This document shows, one piece after another, positions 18,472 through 29,500 of a stretch of DNA of 64,000 nt. The stretch is taken from positions 1-64,000 of the forward strand of contig JAYKHS010000024.1 of assembly GCA_035285865.1 (NCBI GenBank), in the 5' to 3' direction. Origin of the DNA: Candidatus Sericytochromatia bacterium (lineage in GTDB: Bacteria; Cyanobacteriota; Sericytochromatia; S15B-MN24; VGJW01). The notes under the pieces were generated by a model that saw only the letters and a list, made by a program, of their open reading frames with translations, made no database searches and was not told the DNA's origin. The translations under genes and the position numbers were made by a program. Numbering within the stretch: the first letter of the stretch is position 1; each line of letters starts with the position of its first letter.

Positions 18472-21074
18472 ACGCCCAGAATCTCCGCGTAGCGGGCCTC
18501 GACCTGTTCCTTGAGCAGCGGATGCCGCCCAAGATCCGGGTCTTCGGCCACCAGGGCACGCGCCTCTCGCTGGGCGTCTTCGAGTAGCCCGGCATCCTGC
18601 ACCAGGTCGGCATGGACGAAGTCTTCCATCCCGCTCTGACGACTGCCCAGGATCTCGCCGGGTCCGCGCAGCCGCAGGTCCTGTTCGGCGATGAAGAAGC
18701 CGTCCTGGCTCTGGACAATCGTGCCCAGCCGCGCCTCGACCTGCTCTCCCTGCCCGTCCGAAAGCAGCAGGCACCAGCTCTCGGCCGCCCCGCGCCCCAC
18801 GCGGCCCCTCAGCTGGTGCAACTGCGACAGGCCGAACCGCTCGGCGTGCTCGATCACCATCACCGAGGCGTTGGGAACATCCACGCCCACCTCGATGACG
18901 GTGGTCGCGACCAGCACGTGCAGGTCCCCGTTGCGGAAGGCAGCCGCCACCTGCTCTTTCTCGTCCGCATGCATCTTGCCGTGCAGCAGGCCCAGCTTGA
19001 GATCTTTGAGCGGCCCCTCAGAGAGACGCGCATATTCCTCGGTGGCCGACCGCAGGTCCAGCTTCTCGGATGCTTCCACCATCGGAAAGACGATGTAGGC
19101 CTGCCGCCCCTCGGCCACCTGCGCCCGCACCATGTCCAGCGACTCGCGCCGCGCGCTGCGGCCCCGCAGCCAACGCGTCACGATCGGCTTTCGACCAGGC
19201 GGCAACATGTCCAGGACCGAGCAGTCCAGGTCTCCGTGCAGCGTCATGGTCAGCGTGCGCGGGATGGGCGTGGCCGTCATGGTCAGCAACTCGACCTGCC
19301 GGCCCTTGGCCACGAGCGCGCTGCGCTGGTGCACCCCGAAGCGATGCTGCTCGTCGATGACGACGAGGCCCAGGTCGTGGAAGACGACATCGCCCTGGAT
19401 GAGCGCGTGCGTGCCCACGGCAAGCGGCGCCGCTCCCGAGGCCAGCAGGCTCTTCATGTGCCTTCGCTCGGCTGCGCCCTGCTTGCCCAGCAACAGCGCG
19501 ACAGGCACGCCCAGCGGCTCCAGCAGGCGAGCGAACGAGCGATGGTGCTGCTCGGCGAGGATCTCGGTCGGGGCCATCAGCACCGCCTGCTTGCCGGCAT
19601 CGACGACGGCCAGCATCGCGAGCAAGGCCACGACCGTCTTGCCGGCGCCCACATCGCCCTGGACCAGACGGTTCATGGGTTCCGGCGAGGCCAGGTCGGC
19701 ACGGATTTCTTCAAGCACCCGCTGCTGTGCCGGCGTCAGTGTGAACGGCAGGCGCGCAAGCATCTGCTCGAGCTTTCCCCCGGCGAGCGCCCGGATGACT
19801 ACCGAGGCCTCCTGCTGCTTGAAGCGCGCACGGCGCACGGCGAGTGCCAGCTGCATGAGGAACAGCTCGTCGAAGGCCATCCGGCGACGCGCGGCATCGC
19901 GGGCTTCGGGATCCGACGGGAAGTGCACGTCCGCCAAAGCCCGCGCCCGCGGGAGCAGCCCCAGCCGCCGCGTCAGCGAAAGGGGTAACGGATCCGCCAT
20001 CCGCGCCGCGGGATGCTGCAGGGCCTCGTGCATCAACTTGCGCAACTGCTTGGGCCACATCCCCTCGACGGACGGGTAGATCGGCACGATGCGGCCCGCG
20101 TGCAGCGATTGATGGTCGTCGACCGAATCATCCTCGCCCAGCAGCTCCAGCGCCGTCTGCGGTCCGCCGCGCAGCACCAGTTCGCCGCTGCGACGGTCAC
20201 GCGTGGGGCGGCCGGAGACCATGACCGTGGTGCCGACGGCGTGGCGCGCCTTCCAGGATTCATCGCCCGCCCGACCTTGGCCACGACCTTGGGAGAAAGT
20301 CTCGTAGCGCACCCGGCCCGTGCCGTCCTGGATCCACAGGGTGCGGATGGACAGCCCCGGCCGAGAGGGAGGCTGGAAGGCCGAGACCCTGTGGATACGT
20401 CCCCAGAACGTGCAGGCCTCGCCTTCCTGCAGGTCGCCGATGCGCGTGCGGTCCTGAAAGTCCAGATACGACCTGGGATACAGCGTCAGCAAACGCTCGA
20501 TCGTCCCGAGGCCCGCATCCGCGAGGCGCTGGCGAACCGTCGGCCCCACGCCGGCCAGCACCGAGACGGAGGTACCTTTTTCAGGCTGGAGTGGTGGGTC
20601 AGCAGGCTGTTCCGTGCCCGTTCCGGGCAAGTGCTGCTGGCGCGACCGAGCCTCGGTGGGTCCTGTTCCGGCCCCGGCAGAGCCTCGCCGAGCCGTGGCC
20701 TTGGCCGAGCCCTCTGGTGCCTCCCGGTTGCGCAAGTGCTCCTCGGGCGTCACGACCCGCACCGTCACGGGCGGCCGGACGACGGGTGCCGGTGGCGGGC
20801 CCGGGAGGGCCACCACACGGTTGGCCAGCACGAAGAACTCGCCCAGCAAACGCGACCGGGCGTCGGTGTCCATTTCGGTGTAATGGTCGTAGCGGCGGGC
20901 CTCGGCTTCGAGGATGCCCGCCACAGGGGCCAGGTGCGGCAGGGCCGCGAGCCGACGCAGCTCGTCCGGCATGAAGGCCGAAAAGTGCTGCTGGCGGCCC
21001 ATCATGTCGGCGTGGCCCCGCTCTCCCTCGAGGCGCACGGCCGCAAGGGCCCGGCGGACGTCCTCCATGGCCAT
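18456..21074 (-). CDS. recG: ATP-dependent DNA helicase RecG
   Basis: QGDVGAGKT, DEQHRFG, TATPIPRT, QLHQLRGRVGRG, DLRLRGPG. Start 21074 is supported by TAGGAT 7 nt upstream. Confidence 0.96.
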   Translation of the reverse strand: MAMEDVRRALAAVRLEGERGHADMMGRQQHFSAFMPDELRRLAALPHLAPVAGILEAEARRYDHYTEMDTDARSRLLGEFFVLANRVVALPGPPPAPVVRPPVTVRVVTPEEHLRNREAPEGSAKATARRGSAGAGTGPTEARSRQQHLPGTGTEQPADPPLQPEKGTSVSVLAGVGPTVRQRLADAGLGTIERLLTLYPRSYLDFQDRTRIGDLQEGEACTFWGRIHRVSAFQPPSRPGLSIRTLWIQDGTGRVRYETFSQGRGQGRAGDESWKARHAVGTTVMVSGRPTRDRRSGELVLRGGPQTALELLGEDDSVDDHQSLHAGRIVPIYPSVEGMWPKQLRKLMHEALQHPAARMADPLPLSLTRRLGLLPRARALADVHFPSDPEARDAARRRMAFDELFLMQLALAVRRARFKQQEASVVIRALAGGKLEQMLARLPFTLTPAQQRVLEEIRADLASPEPMNRLVQGDVGAGKTVVALLAMLAVVDAGKQAVLMAPTEILAEQHHRSFARLLEPLGVPVALLLGKQGAAERRHMKSLLASGAAPLAVGTHALIQGDVVFHDLGLVVIDEQHRFGVHQRSALVAKGRQVELLTMTATPIPRTLTMTLHGDLDCSVLDMLPPGRKPIVTRWLRGRSARRESLDMVRAQVAEGRQAYIVFPMVEASEKLDLRSATEEYARLSEGPLKDLKLGLLHGKMHADEKEQVAAAFRNGDLHVLVATTVIEVGVDVPNASVMVIEHAERFGLSQLHQLRGRVGRGAAESWCLLLSDGQGEQVEARLGTIVQSQDGFFIAEQDLRLRGPGEILGSRQSGMEDFVHADLVQDAGLLEDAQREARALVAEDPDLGRHPLLKEQVEARYAEILGVWLAG

Positions 21075-21112
21075 TGGCTCCATCCTACCGCCGGCGGCGT
21101 ACCATGACCGCC

Positions 21113-21775
21113 ATGAGCAACAGCACACTGCCCCTGACGCCCGAACTGCGCACCTACATGCTGGCCTGTTCGGCCCCGGAGCCGCAGGTGCTGGCCGACC
21201 TTCGGGCCGAGACTGCCCGCCTGCCGGGCGCCAACATGCAGATCGCCCCCGAACAGGGGGCCTTCATGGGCCTCCTCGCGAGGCTCACGGGTGCCCGCCG
21301 ATGCCTCGAGGTCGGCACCTACACCGGTTACAGCGCCATCGCCGTGGCCCTGGCCCTGCCCCGGGACGGCCGCGTGCACGCCTGCGACATCGACGAGGAT
21401 GCGCTTGCCATCGCACGGCGATACGCCGAACGGGCGGGCGTCCACGGGCGCATGGCCTTTCATCCCGGGGACGCCACGGCCACCCTGGACCGGTTGCTTG
21501 CCGAAGGCGGCCGCGACAGCTTCGACATGCTGTTCATCGATGCCGACAAGCCAGGCTACGCCGGCTACTGGGAGCGGGGCCTGGGCCTTGTCCGACCGGG
21601 GGGGCTCATCCTCGTGGACAACGTGCTCTGGAGCGGGCACGTCATCGACGATGCGGTACAGGACGCCGATACCCGGGCCATCAGGGCCTTCAACGAGTTG
21701 GTTCGCGCCGACGACCGGGTCGAGGCCGTGATGATGCCCGTCGCCGATGGCCTGACGCTGGCCCGCAAGCGTTGA
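21113..21775 (+). CDS. caffeoyl-CoA-type SAM-dependent O-methyltransferase
   Basis: MQIAPEQG, LEVGTYTGYS, FIDADK, DNVLWSG, DGLTLA. TACCAT lies 7 nt before ATG 21113. Confidence 0.9.
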   Translation: MSNSTLPLTPELRTYMLACSAPEPQVLADLRAETARLPGANMQIAPEQGAFMGLLARLTGARRCLEVGTYTGYSAIAVALALPRDGRVHACDIDEDALAIARRYAERAGVHGRMAFHPGDATATLDRLLAEGGRDSFDMLFIDADKPGYAGYWERGLGLVRPGGLILVDNVLWSGHVIDDAVQDADTRAIRAFNELVRADDRVEAVMMPVADGLTLARKR

Positions 21776-21805
21776 CGCCGGCCCGAGATCTCTGAATCGG
21801 TACGG

Positions 21806-22717
21806 TTACAGAATCCGCTTGCCCAGGGCCGACAGGATCAGGTCCACGGCAAACAGGCTGGTCCGGTTGCGCTCGTCGAAGACCGGGTTGACCTCGACCA
21901 TGTCGAGCGACCCCACCAGCTTGCTGTCGGCCACCAGCTCCATGGCGAGGTGGGCCTCGCGACGGTCTGGGCCGCCGGATGCCCGGGTGCCGACGCCCGG
22001 GGAGACTTCGGGGTCGACGAAGTCCATGTCGAAGCTGCAATGGACGGAGTCGGTGTGGGCCGAAACCCGGGCGAGGGCCTCCTGCACGACGTCCTTGATG
22101 CCCCGCTCGTCGATGTCCCGCATCGTGTAGATGTTGACCTTGGAGGCCCGCAGGCGCTCGGCCTCGGGACCATCGACGTCCCGGATGCCGATGAGCGCGG
22201 CGTCCTGCGGGCGCACCATCGGAGCGCTGCCCTCGCCGATGCTCAGCAGCTCGGGATGGCCCTCACCCGTCACGACGGCCAGCGGCATGCCGTGGATGTT
22301 GCCGCTGAGCGTGGACTCCGGCGTGTTGAAGTCGCCGTGGGCATCGAACCAGATCAGGCCAAGGCGTCGTCCGAGGGACTGCTGGTAGGCTGACACGGCG
22401 GCGATGGTGCCAATCGAGATGCTGTGGTCGCCCCCGAGAAAGACGGGAAAGTGACCGGCCTCGAGCATGAGGCGGGCCCTCACCTTGGTCTGCCGGCAAG
22501 CCTCGGCAATTTCCGCCAGGTACTTGTGGCGGCTCGACCCCTCGTCCAGGGTCTCGGGCAGGGGCGTGTCGATGTCGCCCCAGTCATGGACCTTGTGGCC
22601 GAGCGCCGTGAGCGCCTCGCCCAAGCCGGCAATGCGGATGGACCGGGTACCGAGGCCCACTCCGCGGTGACTGCCCCCGAGGTCCAGGGGGACCCCCATG
22701 ACGCCTACGTTGCGCAT
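21806..22717 (-). CDS. rocF: arginase
   Basis: LGGDHS, DAHGDFNTP, SGNIHGMP, SFDMDFVDP, EVNP. Confidence 0.93.
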   Translation of the reverse strand: MRNVGVMGVPLDLGGSHRGVGLGTRSIRIAGLGEALTALGHKVHDWGDIDTPLPETLDEGSSRHKYLAEIAEACRQTKVRARLMLEAGHFPVFLGGDHSISIGTIAAVSAYQQSLGRRLGLIWFDAHGDFNTPESTLSGNIHGMPLAVVTGEGHPELLSIGEGSAPMVRPQDAALIGIRDVDGPEAERLRASKVNIYTMRDIDERGIKDVVQEALARVSAHTDSVHCSFDMDFVDPEVSPGVGTRASGGPDRREAHLAMELVADSKLVGSLDMVEVNPVFDERNRTSLFAVDLILSALGKRIL

Positions 22718-22838
22718 GGCTCCATGGTAGGGCCTTGCACGGCTCGGGGGGAAGGGCTGTCCTTAAGGGCGGGCAAAGGAGCGGTCAAGTTTCCGCGCCT
22801 TCCGTCACCCGGGCACCGCAGCGCGCGACAAGAGCCCT

Positions 22839-23615
22839 ATGGCCAGCATTTCCCCCGCCGTCCCCGTGGCGCGTCCTTCGGCACCCGTCCTGCCGGGCAT
22901 CCCGGTCCCCTCCGGGAATGCCGGCCCGGCACTGCCTGCGGACTCCTTCGTGCCCCGCACGCCCATCGAGGCACCCAAGGATCCCGGCAACCCTCTTGTG
23001 GACTGGCTCGCGGTGCCGCTCACGGCCGCCCGGGTAATGGCCGACCTCGGCACCATGCTGTTCCATCCCATCCGCACCGTGAAGGGCCTGTGGGCCACCG
23101 GTCGGGCCATGATGACCTTCGACAAGGTCGTGCCCCTGACGGCCGCCAGCGCCCCGCAGGCCCGGGACCAACTGCACGCCGCCGTGGCCGGGGTCAAGGC
23201 GACGGGTGCCCCGACGATTTTCGGTTTCCTCGCCCGCATGGTCGACAAACGCGCCGCCCTCGCCGCCGATCAGATGCGTCCCGTCGTCGAGGGCAGGCTG
23301 GGCGCGCTCGGGGGTGCCCCCGTCGCCATGAGCTGGCCCGTGGGTGGCCGCCACTGGCTGGCCCTCGACGAGATGCTGACGGTCCAGACCGCCCTTGCGC
23401 AGTACCCCGAGGCCGTGACGCAGAAGGCCTTCTCGGGCATCGCGATGATCGAGGTACGGTCCTCGGGCATCCGGGGGCTCGCCCGTCCATGGGCCGTCGA
23501 GGGTCGGACGCTCGTGCTGCATCGTCCGCCGGACTGGTTGCCCGGCACGAAGCCCGTGGCCGATGCCCTGATGGGCTATCTCAACGAGGCTGGGAAAGTC
23601 TCCGTCGCGATTTAG
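22839..23615 (+). CDS. hypothetical protein
   Basis: Host-like codon usage, low-complexity Pro-rich N-terminus; stop overlaps the convergent cyclase gene. Confidence 0.65.
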   Translation: MASISPAVPVARPSAPVLPGIPVPSGNAGPALPADSFVPRTPIEAPKDPGNPLVDWLAVPLTAARVMADLGTMLFHPIRTVKGLWATGRAMMTFDKVVPLTAASAPQARDQLHAAVAGVKATGAPTIFGFLARMVDKRAALAADQMRPVVEGRLGALGGAPVAMSWPVGGRHWLALDEMLTVQTALAQYPEAVTQKAFSGIAMIEVRSSGIRGLARPWAVEGRTLVLHRPPDWLPGTKPVADALMGYLNEAGKVSVAI

Positions 23616-25201
23616 GCGCGCGTCCACACCCGAACAGCTTCGCGGCGGCCCTTGACGTGAATGTCGCCGTGGAGGTCCAGGCCATCGGCGAGTTCCGAGG
23701 CCATTCTGCTGCGCGATGCCTCGCTGACGCACAAGCGCGTGCCCAGCTCCTTGTTCAAGGCTTCCAGGCGCGCCGCCACGTTGACGGCGTCACCGACGAC
23801 CGCGAACTTCATGCGCTCCCGACCACCCAGATTGCCGGCAATGACGCTGCCTGTATTGATACCGATGCGGATCGACAAGGGCGACCCGCCAGCCTGTCGA
23901 ACAAGGCCCACGTCCTGCCAGCGAGCCTGCATGACCTCCATCTCGTCACACATCTTCCGTGCAGCCCGTCCGGCAGCCGTGGCATGATCCGGCAAGTCGG
24001 CCGGAGCATTGAAGACCGCAAGAATGCCGTCACCTAGCAGTTCGATGACGCAACCGCCTGCCTCCGCAATGCAACGGCACATGCCCTCGGCATACTGATT
24101 CAACAGTGAGACGACCTCCGCCGGTTCGCAGGATTCAGCCATCGTGGAAAAGCCCTGAAGGTCCGCGAACAGCACGGTGACCTCGCGACGCTCTCCGTGC
24201 GGGACGAGGCCACGTGTCCCGCGCACGGCGAAGTCGGCCACTTCAGGACTGACGTAGGCGTCCAGTGCCTGGCGCAGCCTGCGGCGCTCGCGTAGGCCGA
24301 AGGCCATGTGGTTGTACTGGTATGCCAGTTGGCCAAACCGGTCATTCGATTCGACAGCCAGGCTTCCGTCGTAGTCATCGGCGTCGATGCGCGCCAACCC
24401 TGTCAAAAGGCGCTCCAGGGGCACGGTAAGCTGGTGCCGGATCAGCGCCGCGAAGAGTGCACAGAGCAGGGCCGAAACCGCAACCAGATAGATGGTCAGA
24501 GGCAACAGACCCGCGACGTGATGTCCCGTCGCGTGGTGATGGTGCAGCAGACCGATCGTCACCATCAGCCATATGGGTCCCGTGAAGACGAAGGCGACAA
24601 GCACCCGCCCCCGGACCGACAACATCCACCACGTGCGATGCGAGGACGGGTCGCGATCCCGGAAGAGTGCGGCATAGACGGGCTTCAGCAGAATCTCGTA
24701 AGTCAGCAGCGCAACCAGAGCGGTGAGCGTCCCCGTCACCAGCCCGCCCCACGCAAGATTGGCCGGAACCGTGCCTCCCGAGGATTCGAGCGCGTGTGTC
24801 ATGAGTGCCGGATACAACAGGCTCCACGACAGGAAACTGCCCGAGGCCGCCCGATATGGAAGCCGAACGGCAACACGCCGGGCTGCCTCGAGCAGATCTG
24901 GCGCACTGCTCTCCCCCCGATCCCCGTCGCGCAGGCAAGTGCGCATCGGCAGCGACCACGCCAGAAGATACCGAATCAAAAGACCGGCCACGATGGAGAA
25001 GGCAACTGCCAGCACCGACAGGGCCGTCAGGAACGTCCGTGCATCCATGCCGTCCGTGACGGCCACGTAGCCGAAAAGCAGCGAACTGGGCAGCAGGCCC
25101 GAGATAAGCAGACCCGCACGCGGCAATCTGCGCTCCGCATAGTCCGCGAGGGATGGCCGGACGTGCACGGGCGCAGCAGGGGCCGGGAAGACTTCAGGCA
25201 C
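23612..25201 (-). CDS. membrane class III nucleotide cyclase with HAMP domain (guanylate-cyclase-type specificity residues)
   Basis: About 6 TMs, HAMP (PLERL...NDRFGQLAYQYNHM), VLFADLQGFS, ELLGDG, GINTG, GDAVNVAARLE. GTG 25201 is 6 nt after TG-C-TATGGT. Confidence 0.9.
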   Translation of the reverse strand: MPEVFPAPAAPVHVRPSLADYAERRLPRAGLLISGLLPSSLLFGYVAVTDGMDARTFLTALSVLAVAFSIVAGLLIRYLLAWSLPMRTCLRDGDRGESSAPDLLEAARRVAVRLPYRAASGSFLSWSLLYPALMTHALESSGGTVPANLAWGGLVTGTLTALVALLTYEILLKPVYAALFRDRDPSSHRTWWMLSVRGRVLVAFVFTGPIWLMVTIGLLHHHHATGHHVAGLLPLTIYLVAVSALLCALFAALIRHQLTVPLERLLTGLARIDADDYDGSLAVESNDRFGQLAYQYNHMAFGLRERRRLRQALDAYVSPEVADFAVRGTRGLVPHGERREVTVLFADLQGFSTMAESCEPAEVVSLLNQYAEGMCRCIAEAGGCVIELLGDGILAVFNAPADLPDHATAAGRAARKMCDEMEVMQARWQDVGLVRQAGGSPLSIRIGINTGSVIAGNLGGRERMKFAVVGDAVNVAARLEALNKELGTRLCVSEASRSRMASELADGLDLHGDIHVKGRREAVRVWTRA

Positions 25202-25329
25202 TCTCGGACCATAGCATGGCGCCTGCAGGAGACAGTGGGAGCAATTCATCGTCATGTCCTGCTTCCACAACTGGCCCCGACCATGTCATCCATGGAAAGA
25301 CACCCACCTCGCCCCTTGCAGGAGACTGC

Positions 25330-26583
25330 GTGCGTATCCTCCACACCTCGGACTGGCACCTTGGCCGCCAGCTTCATCAGAAGTCCCGCGAAGACGAGTT
25401 CGCGGCCTTCCTGGCCTGGCTGCCCGGGATCATCGCGGCAGAGCAGGTGGAGGTCCTGGTCATCGCCGGCGATCTTTTCGACACGGCCAACCCTCCTCAT
25501 GAAGCCCAGCGCCAGTATTTCGGCTTCCTGAAGGCCGCACGGCAAGCCGGTTGCCGGCACGTCGTCGTCGTCGCGGGCAATCACGATGCCCCTGGCCTCG
25601 TCGATGCCCCAGCCGACCTCCTCGAGGACATGGACATGCGTATCGTCGGCACGGCAACCCCGGATCCGGCAGACTGCGTTCATGTCCTGCGCAACCGGGA
25701 GGGCACGCCGCGCCTCATCGTCTGCGCCGTCCCTTTCCTCCGGGACCGGGACCTGTTGGCGAGTCAATCCGGCGAGAACAGCCGGGACCGAGAGCAAAGG
25801 GTGCTGGAGGGCACGCGCGCCTACTACGCACAGGCCGCCGCCCGGGCCGAGGAGCTACGGACCCGGGAAGGGGCCCACCTGCCCATCCTGGCCACCGGTC
25901 ACCTGTTCGCGGATGGCGGGACCATCGTCGAGGACGACGGCGTCCGGGACCTGTACGTCGGGGGCATCGGCGCCGTCCCCGCCGACCACTTCCCGGCCAA
26001 CCTCGACTACGTGGCGCTGGGGCACATCCATCGCCCGCAGTCGGTCGGGGGCAGTGACCGCATCCGCTACTGCGGTGCCCCGCTGGCGATGGGCTTCGGC
26101 GAAGCAGAACAAGCCAAGTCCGTCACGCTGCTGGACCTTGAACGCGGCAAGCAGGGCATCCGCCAGATTCCGGTGCCCCGAATTCGCCGGCTGGTTCGCC
26201 TCTCGGGAGATCAGACAGATCTCCGGCAAGGCCTGGCCACCCTGCTGGCCGACAACACGGGTCTGCCGGCGTGGCTCGAGGTGACTTACAACGGTTCCGA
26301 ACTGCACATGGATCTGCGCGCCTCGCTGGATGCCCTCCTTGCGAACACCCCGCACGAGATACTGCGCCTGAGGGACTTGCGCGTCCTCGAGGCCGCTGCA
26401 ACCAGCCTGGACCTTGCGGTCGATCTCGAAGAACTCGGCGTGGCCCGGGTGTTCCAGCAACTGCTCGATCTGCGGGAAACGCCGGCGGAGGAAGTCCCCG
26501 AGCTCCTCGAGGCCTTTGCAGAAATCGTCCACGCCGTGCAGCAAGCCGGCATGACCACTCCCACTCGGCAGGACCTCGCGTGA
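25330..26583 (+). CDS. sbcD: exonuclease SbcCD subunit D
   Basis: ILHTSDWHLG, AGDLFD, AGNHD, TGHLF, YVALGHIH. AGGAG RBS before the GTG. Confidence 0.95.
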   Translation: MRILHTSDWHLGRQLHQKSREDEFAAFLAWLPGIIAAEQVEVLVIAGDLFDTANPPHEAQRQYFGFLKAARQAGCRHVVVVAGNHDAPGLVDAPADLLEDMDMRIVGTATPDPADCVHVLRNREGTPRLIVCAVPFLRDRDLLASQSGENSRDREQRVLEGTRAYYAQAAARAEELRTREGAHLPILATGHLFADGGTIVEDDGVRDLYVGGIGAVPADHFPANLDYVALGHIHRPQSVGGSDRIRYCGAPLAMGFGEAEQAKSVTLLDLERGKQGIRQIPVPRIRRLVRLSGDQTDLRQGLATLLADNTGLPAWLEVTYNGSELHMDLRASLDALLANTPHEILRLRDLRVLEAAATSLDLAVDLEELGVARVFQQLLDLRETPAEEVPELLEAFAEIVHAVQQAGMTTPTRQDLA

Positions 26584-29500
26584 AGCTGCTTACCATCCGC
26601 CTTCAGAATCTGAACGCCCTCGCCGGTACGTGGTTCATCGACCTCTCGGATCCGGCCTTCATGAACGACGGGCTCTTCGCCATCACGGGCCCCACCGGCT
26701 CGGGCAAGACCACCCTGCTCGATGCCATCTGCCTCGCGCTTTACGGCCAGACGCCACGGATCGGGAAGGCACCGGGGGATGAAGTCATGACGCGAGGCAC
26801 CGGCCAGTGCCTGGCCGAAGTGACCTTCGAGACGGGCGGCATCCGCTATCGGGCCCGCTGGAGTCAGCATCGAGCCCGAGGCAGAGGCGACGGTCGACTT
26901 CAGGCAGCCCAGCACGAGTTGTCCCGTCTCGGACCCGACGGCGAAAGCGGCGAAATCCTGAATCAGGTGTCCAGCGACACCCCGAAAGTGGTGGCGCAAC
27001 ATACGGGGCTTGGCTTCGGACAGTTCACGCGCGCCATCCTGCTGGCCCAAGGACAGTTCGCCGCATTCCTGAACGCCCGGGGAGCCGAACGCGCGCCCAT
27101 GCTTGAATACCTGACCAGCACCGACGTCTACTCCCACCTGTCCATCGCGGCCCACGAGCGCCACAAGGCCGAACAACAGGTCTTGACCCAGGCCGAGGGC
27201 GGACTGAGCGGCATCGAGTTGCTGGATGACGAGGCGCGTCGATCCTTGGAACAGCAGCTCGAATGGCTTCAGCAGGCCTCTGCCAAGCAGACGGAAGAGC
27301 GGGTGCAGACTGAGGCGGCCCTTGCCTGGCGGGCGCGCTGCCGCGAACTGCGCACCGCCCTGACCGAACTGACGGCACAGCAAGAACTGCTGGCCAAGGC
27401 CGATGTGCAGGCCGAACCCGACAGGCAAAGGCTGAATCTGGACGAATCGGCGCGCCTTCTGGAACCTGCCTACGCGCGCCTCGATCAGACGCGACGGCAA
27501 CTTGCGGTGCTGCGCACGGACCTGGAGGCACGCGAGGGCGCACTGCCAGAGTTGGCGGCGGAAGTCGAACGAACCGGAGCGGCCCTGCAGGAGGCAACCG
27601 ACGCCCTGCATGCGGCGCGGCGCGAACGGACGGAACGCCAGGACCTGCTGACCGCCTTGCGCCAACTCGATGCCCGCCTGGGTGACGCAAGGCGCAGGGC
27701 GGTCGAGCAGTCCCGCACGGCCGAACTTGCCGAATCACGTCGTGATGCGGCGAGGCGTGCCCTTGAAGAGGCCAGCACGGCACGCCTGACCGAGGAAACT
27801 GCGCTCGAGACGACCAGAACCCGCCAGTCCGCCCTCGCCGTGGATGCACGGGCCGTGCAGGCCTGGCCGGAATGGCGCGCGTGGTTCGGCGCACTCGAGG
27901 ATGCGCTGAGCCAAGCCGAAGAGCGGACGCGACAGGCCCACGTCGCACAGGAGGGGATCGTGGGCTTGCGGCACGAACACGAGGGGACTGCGTCAGCCGC
28001 GAGCCGCGCCGAACAGAACCTCGAGCAGGTTCGCCAGCGAGAACGCGAGACTGCGGAACGCATGCGGACCTTGCTGGAGGACCAGACGCTCGAAGCGTGG
28101 CAGCGCAGCCGCCTCGAAGCATCATCCCGCCGGAGCTTCGTTCATGAGCGCGTGGATGCCTGGCAACGCGCGCAAGAAAACCGGGACCGCATCGAGGCGA
28201 CGAAGCGACAACGTGAAGAAGCCACCATGGCTGCGACCAAGGCCCGCGAAGCAGCGCGGCTGGCCAGCCATGAGCGCGACACGGCCGATGCGGCACTGAG
28301 GGCGCTCGAAGAGACACAGCGCCTGAACGACCGTGCCGCAGGCTACGAAGAAGCGCGGCACGCGCTCGAGGACGGCCATCCGTGTCCGCTTTGCGGTTCT
28401 CCTGAACATCCGTGGGCCTCAGGCATGCCGCTGAAGCACGAAGGGCACCTGCAAGCCATGCAGCTTGCGCGACAGGAACGCGACGATCTGGATCACGCCT
28501 TGCAGGAGGCCTTGCAGTTGGCCTCCCGCGAGGAAGCCAGGCGAGATGGATGTGTCGCCGACCTGGCCGAGCGCGAACACGCGCAGATGGCCCACGAAGC
28601 CGCACTGCGGGACCTCGACGAATCACCCGAAGATCCCGGTCGCCTCGCCGCCCTTGTCGCGGAGCATGCGGTGCTTGCCGAAGCCCTCCGACGGCACGCA
28701 CGCATCGAGCAGGAGGTTTCCCCGCTGGAAGACGAGGCGACGCGAATCCTGCAGGAACAAAATGATCTTGAAGCCGGCATCGAGGGCCTTCGCCGCGAGG
28801 AGGGCGATGCCCGCACGCGGTTGGCCTTGGCTGAGGCCGGCTTGTCGACGCTGCTTCAACGCGCAGGGGAGGCCAAGCAACAGGCTGAGGAGCGCCGCGC
28901 CCAGTTGCAGGCGGCCTTGGAACCCCACGGCTGGTCCCTGGCATCCGGACACCCCGTGGAGGTGTTCGCCCGCATCGAGCAGGCCGTAAAGGATTGGCAG
29001 GCCCTCGAGGAAGACCTTCGCGCTGGCGAACAGCGTCTCGTCTCGCTCGAGCTTGAGGTTGCCGGGCGCGAGGTCGAGACTCGGGAAGCCACCGTCGCCT
29101 GCGAGAGAGCCTTGGCAGACGCTGCCGGCGCCTCGCGCAACGTCGATGAACTGGCCGCCGAACGCAAGACTCTGGGCGGGGACATGGAGCCTGAAGCCGA
29201 ATCCAGGCGTCTCGATGCGCAGGTGCTCGACCACGAGACGACGGAATTCCGCCTGCGAGACACGCACACCCAAGCCCGATCCGAGCTGCTGACCGCAAGC
29301 GAGAACGCGCGCACCCTCGAAGACAATGCACAAGCACTCGAGCGCGAGGCCAAGGCCCTCGCCGACGCGTTCACGGAGCAACTGGCCTCGGCAGACTTTG
29401 GCGACGAGGCATCGTGGCAGGCGGCTTTGCTCGAACCCGAGACACGGACACGCTTGCAACAGGAAGCCGATGCACGCGCACGGGCCCTGCGGGAGGTTGC

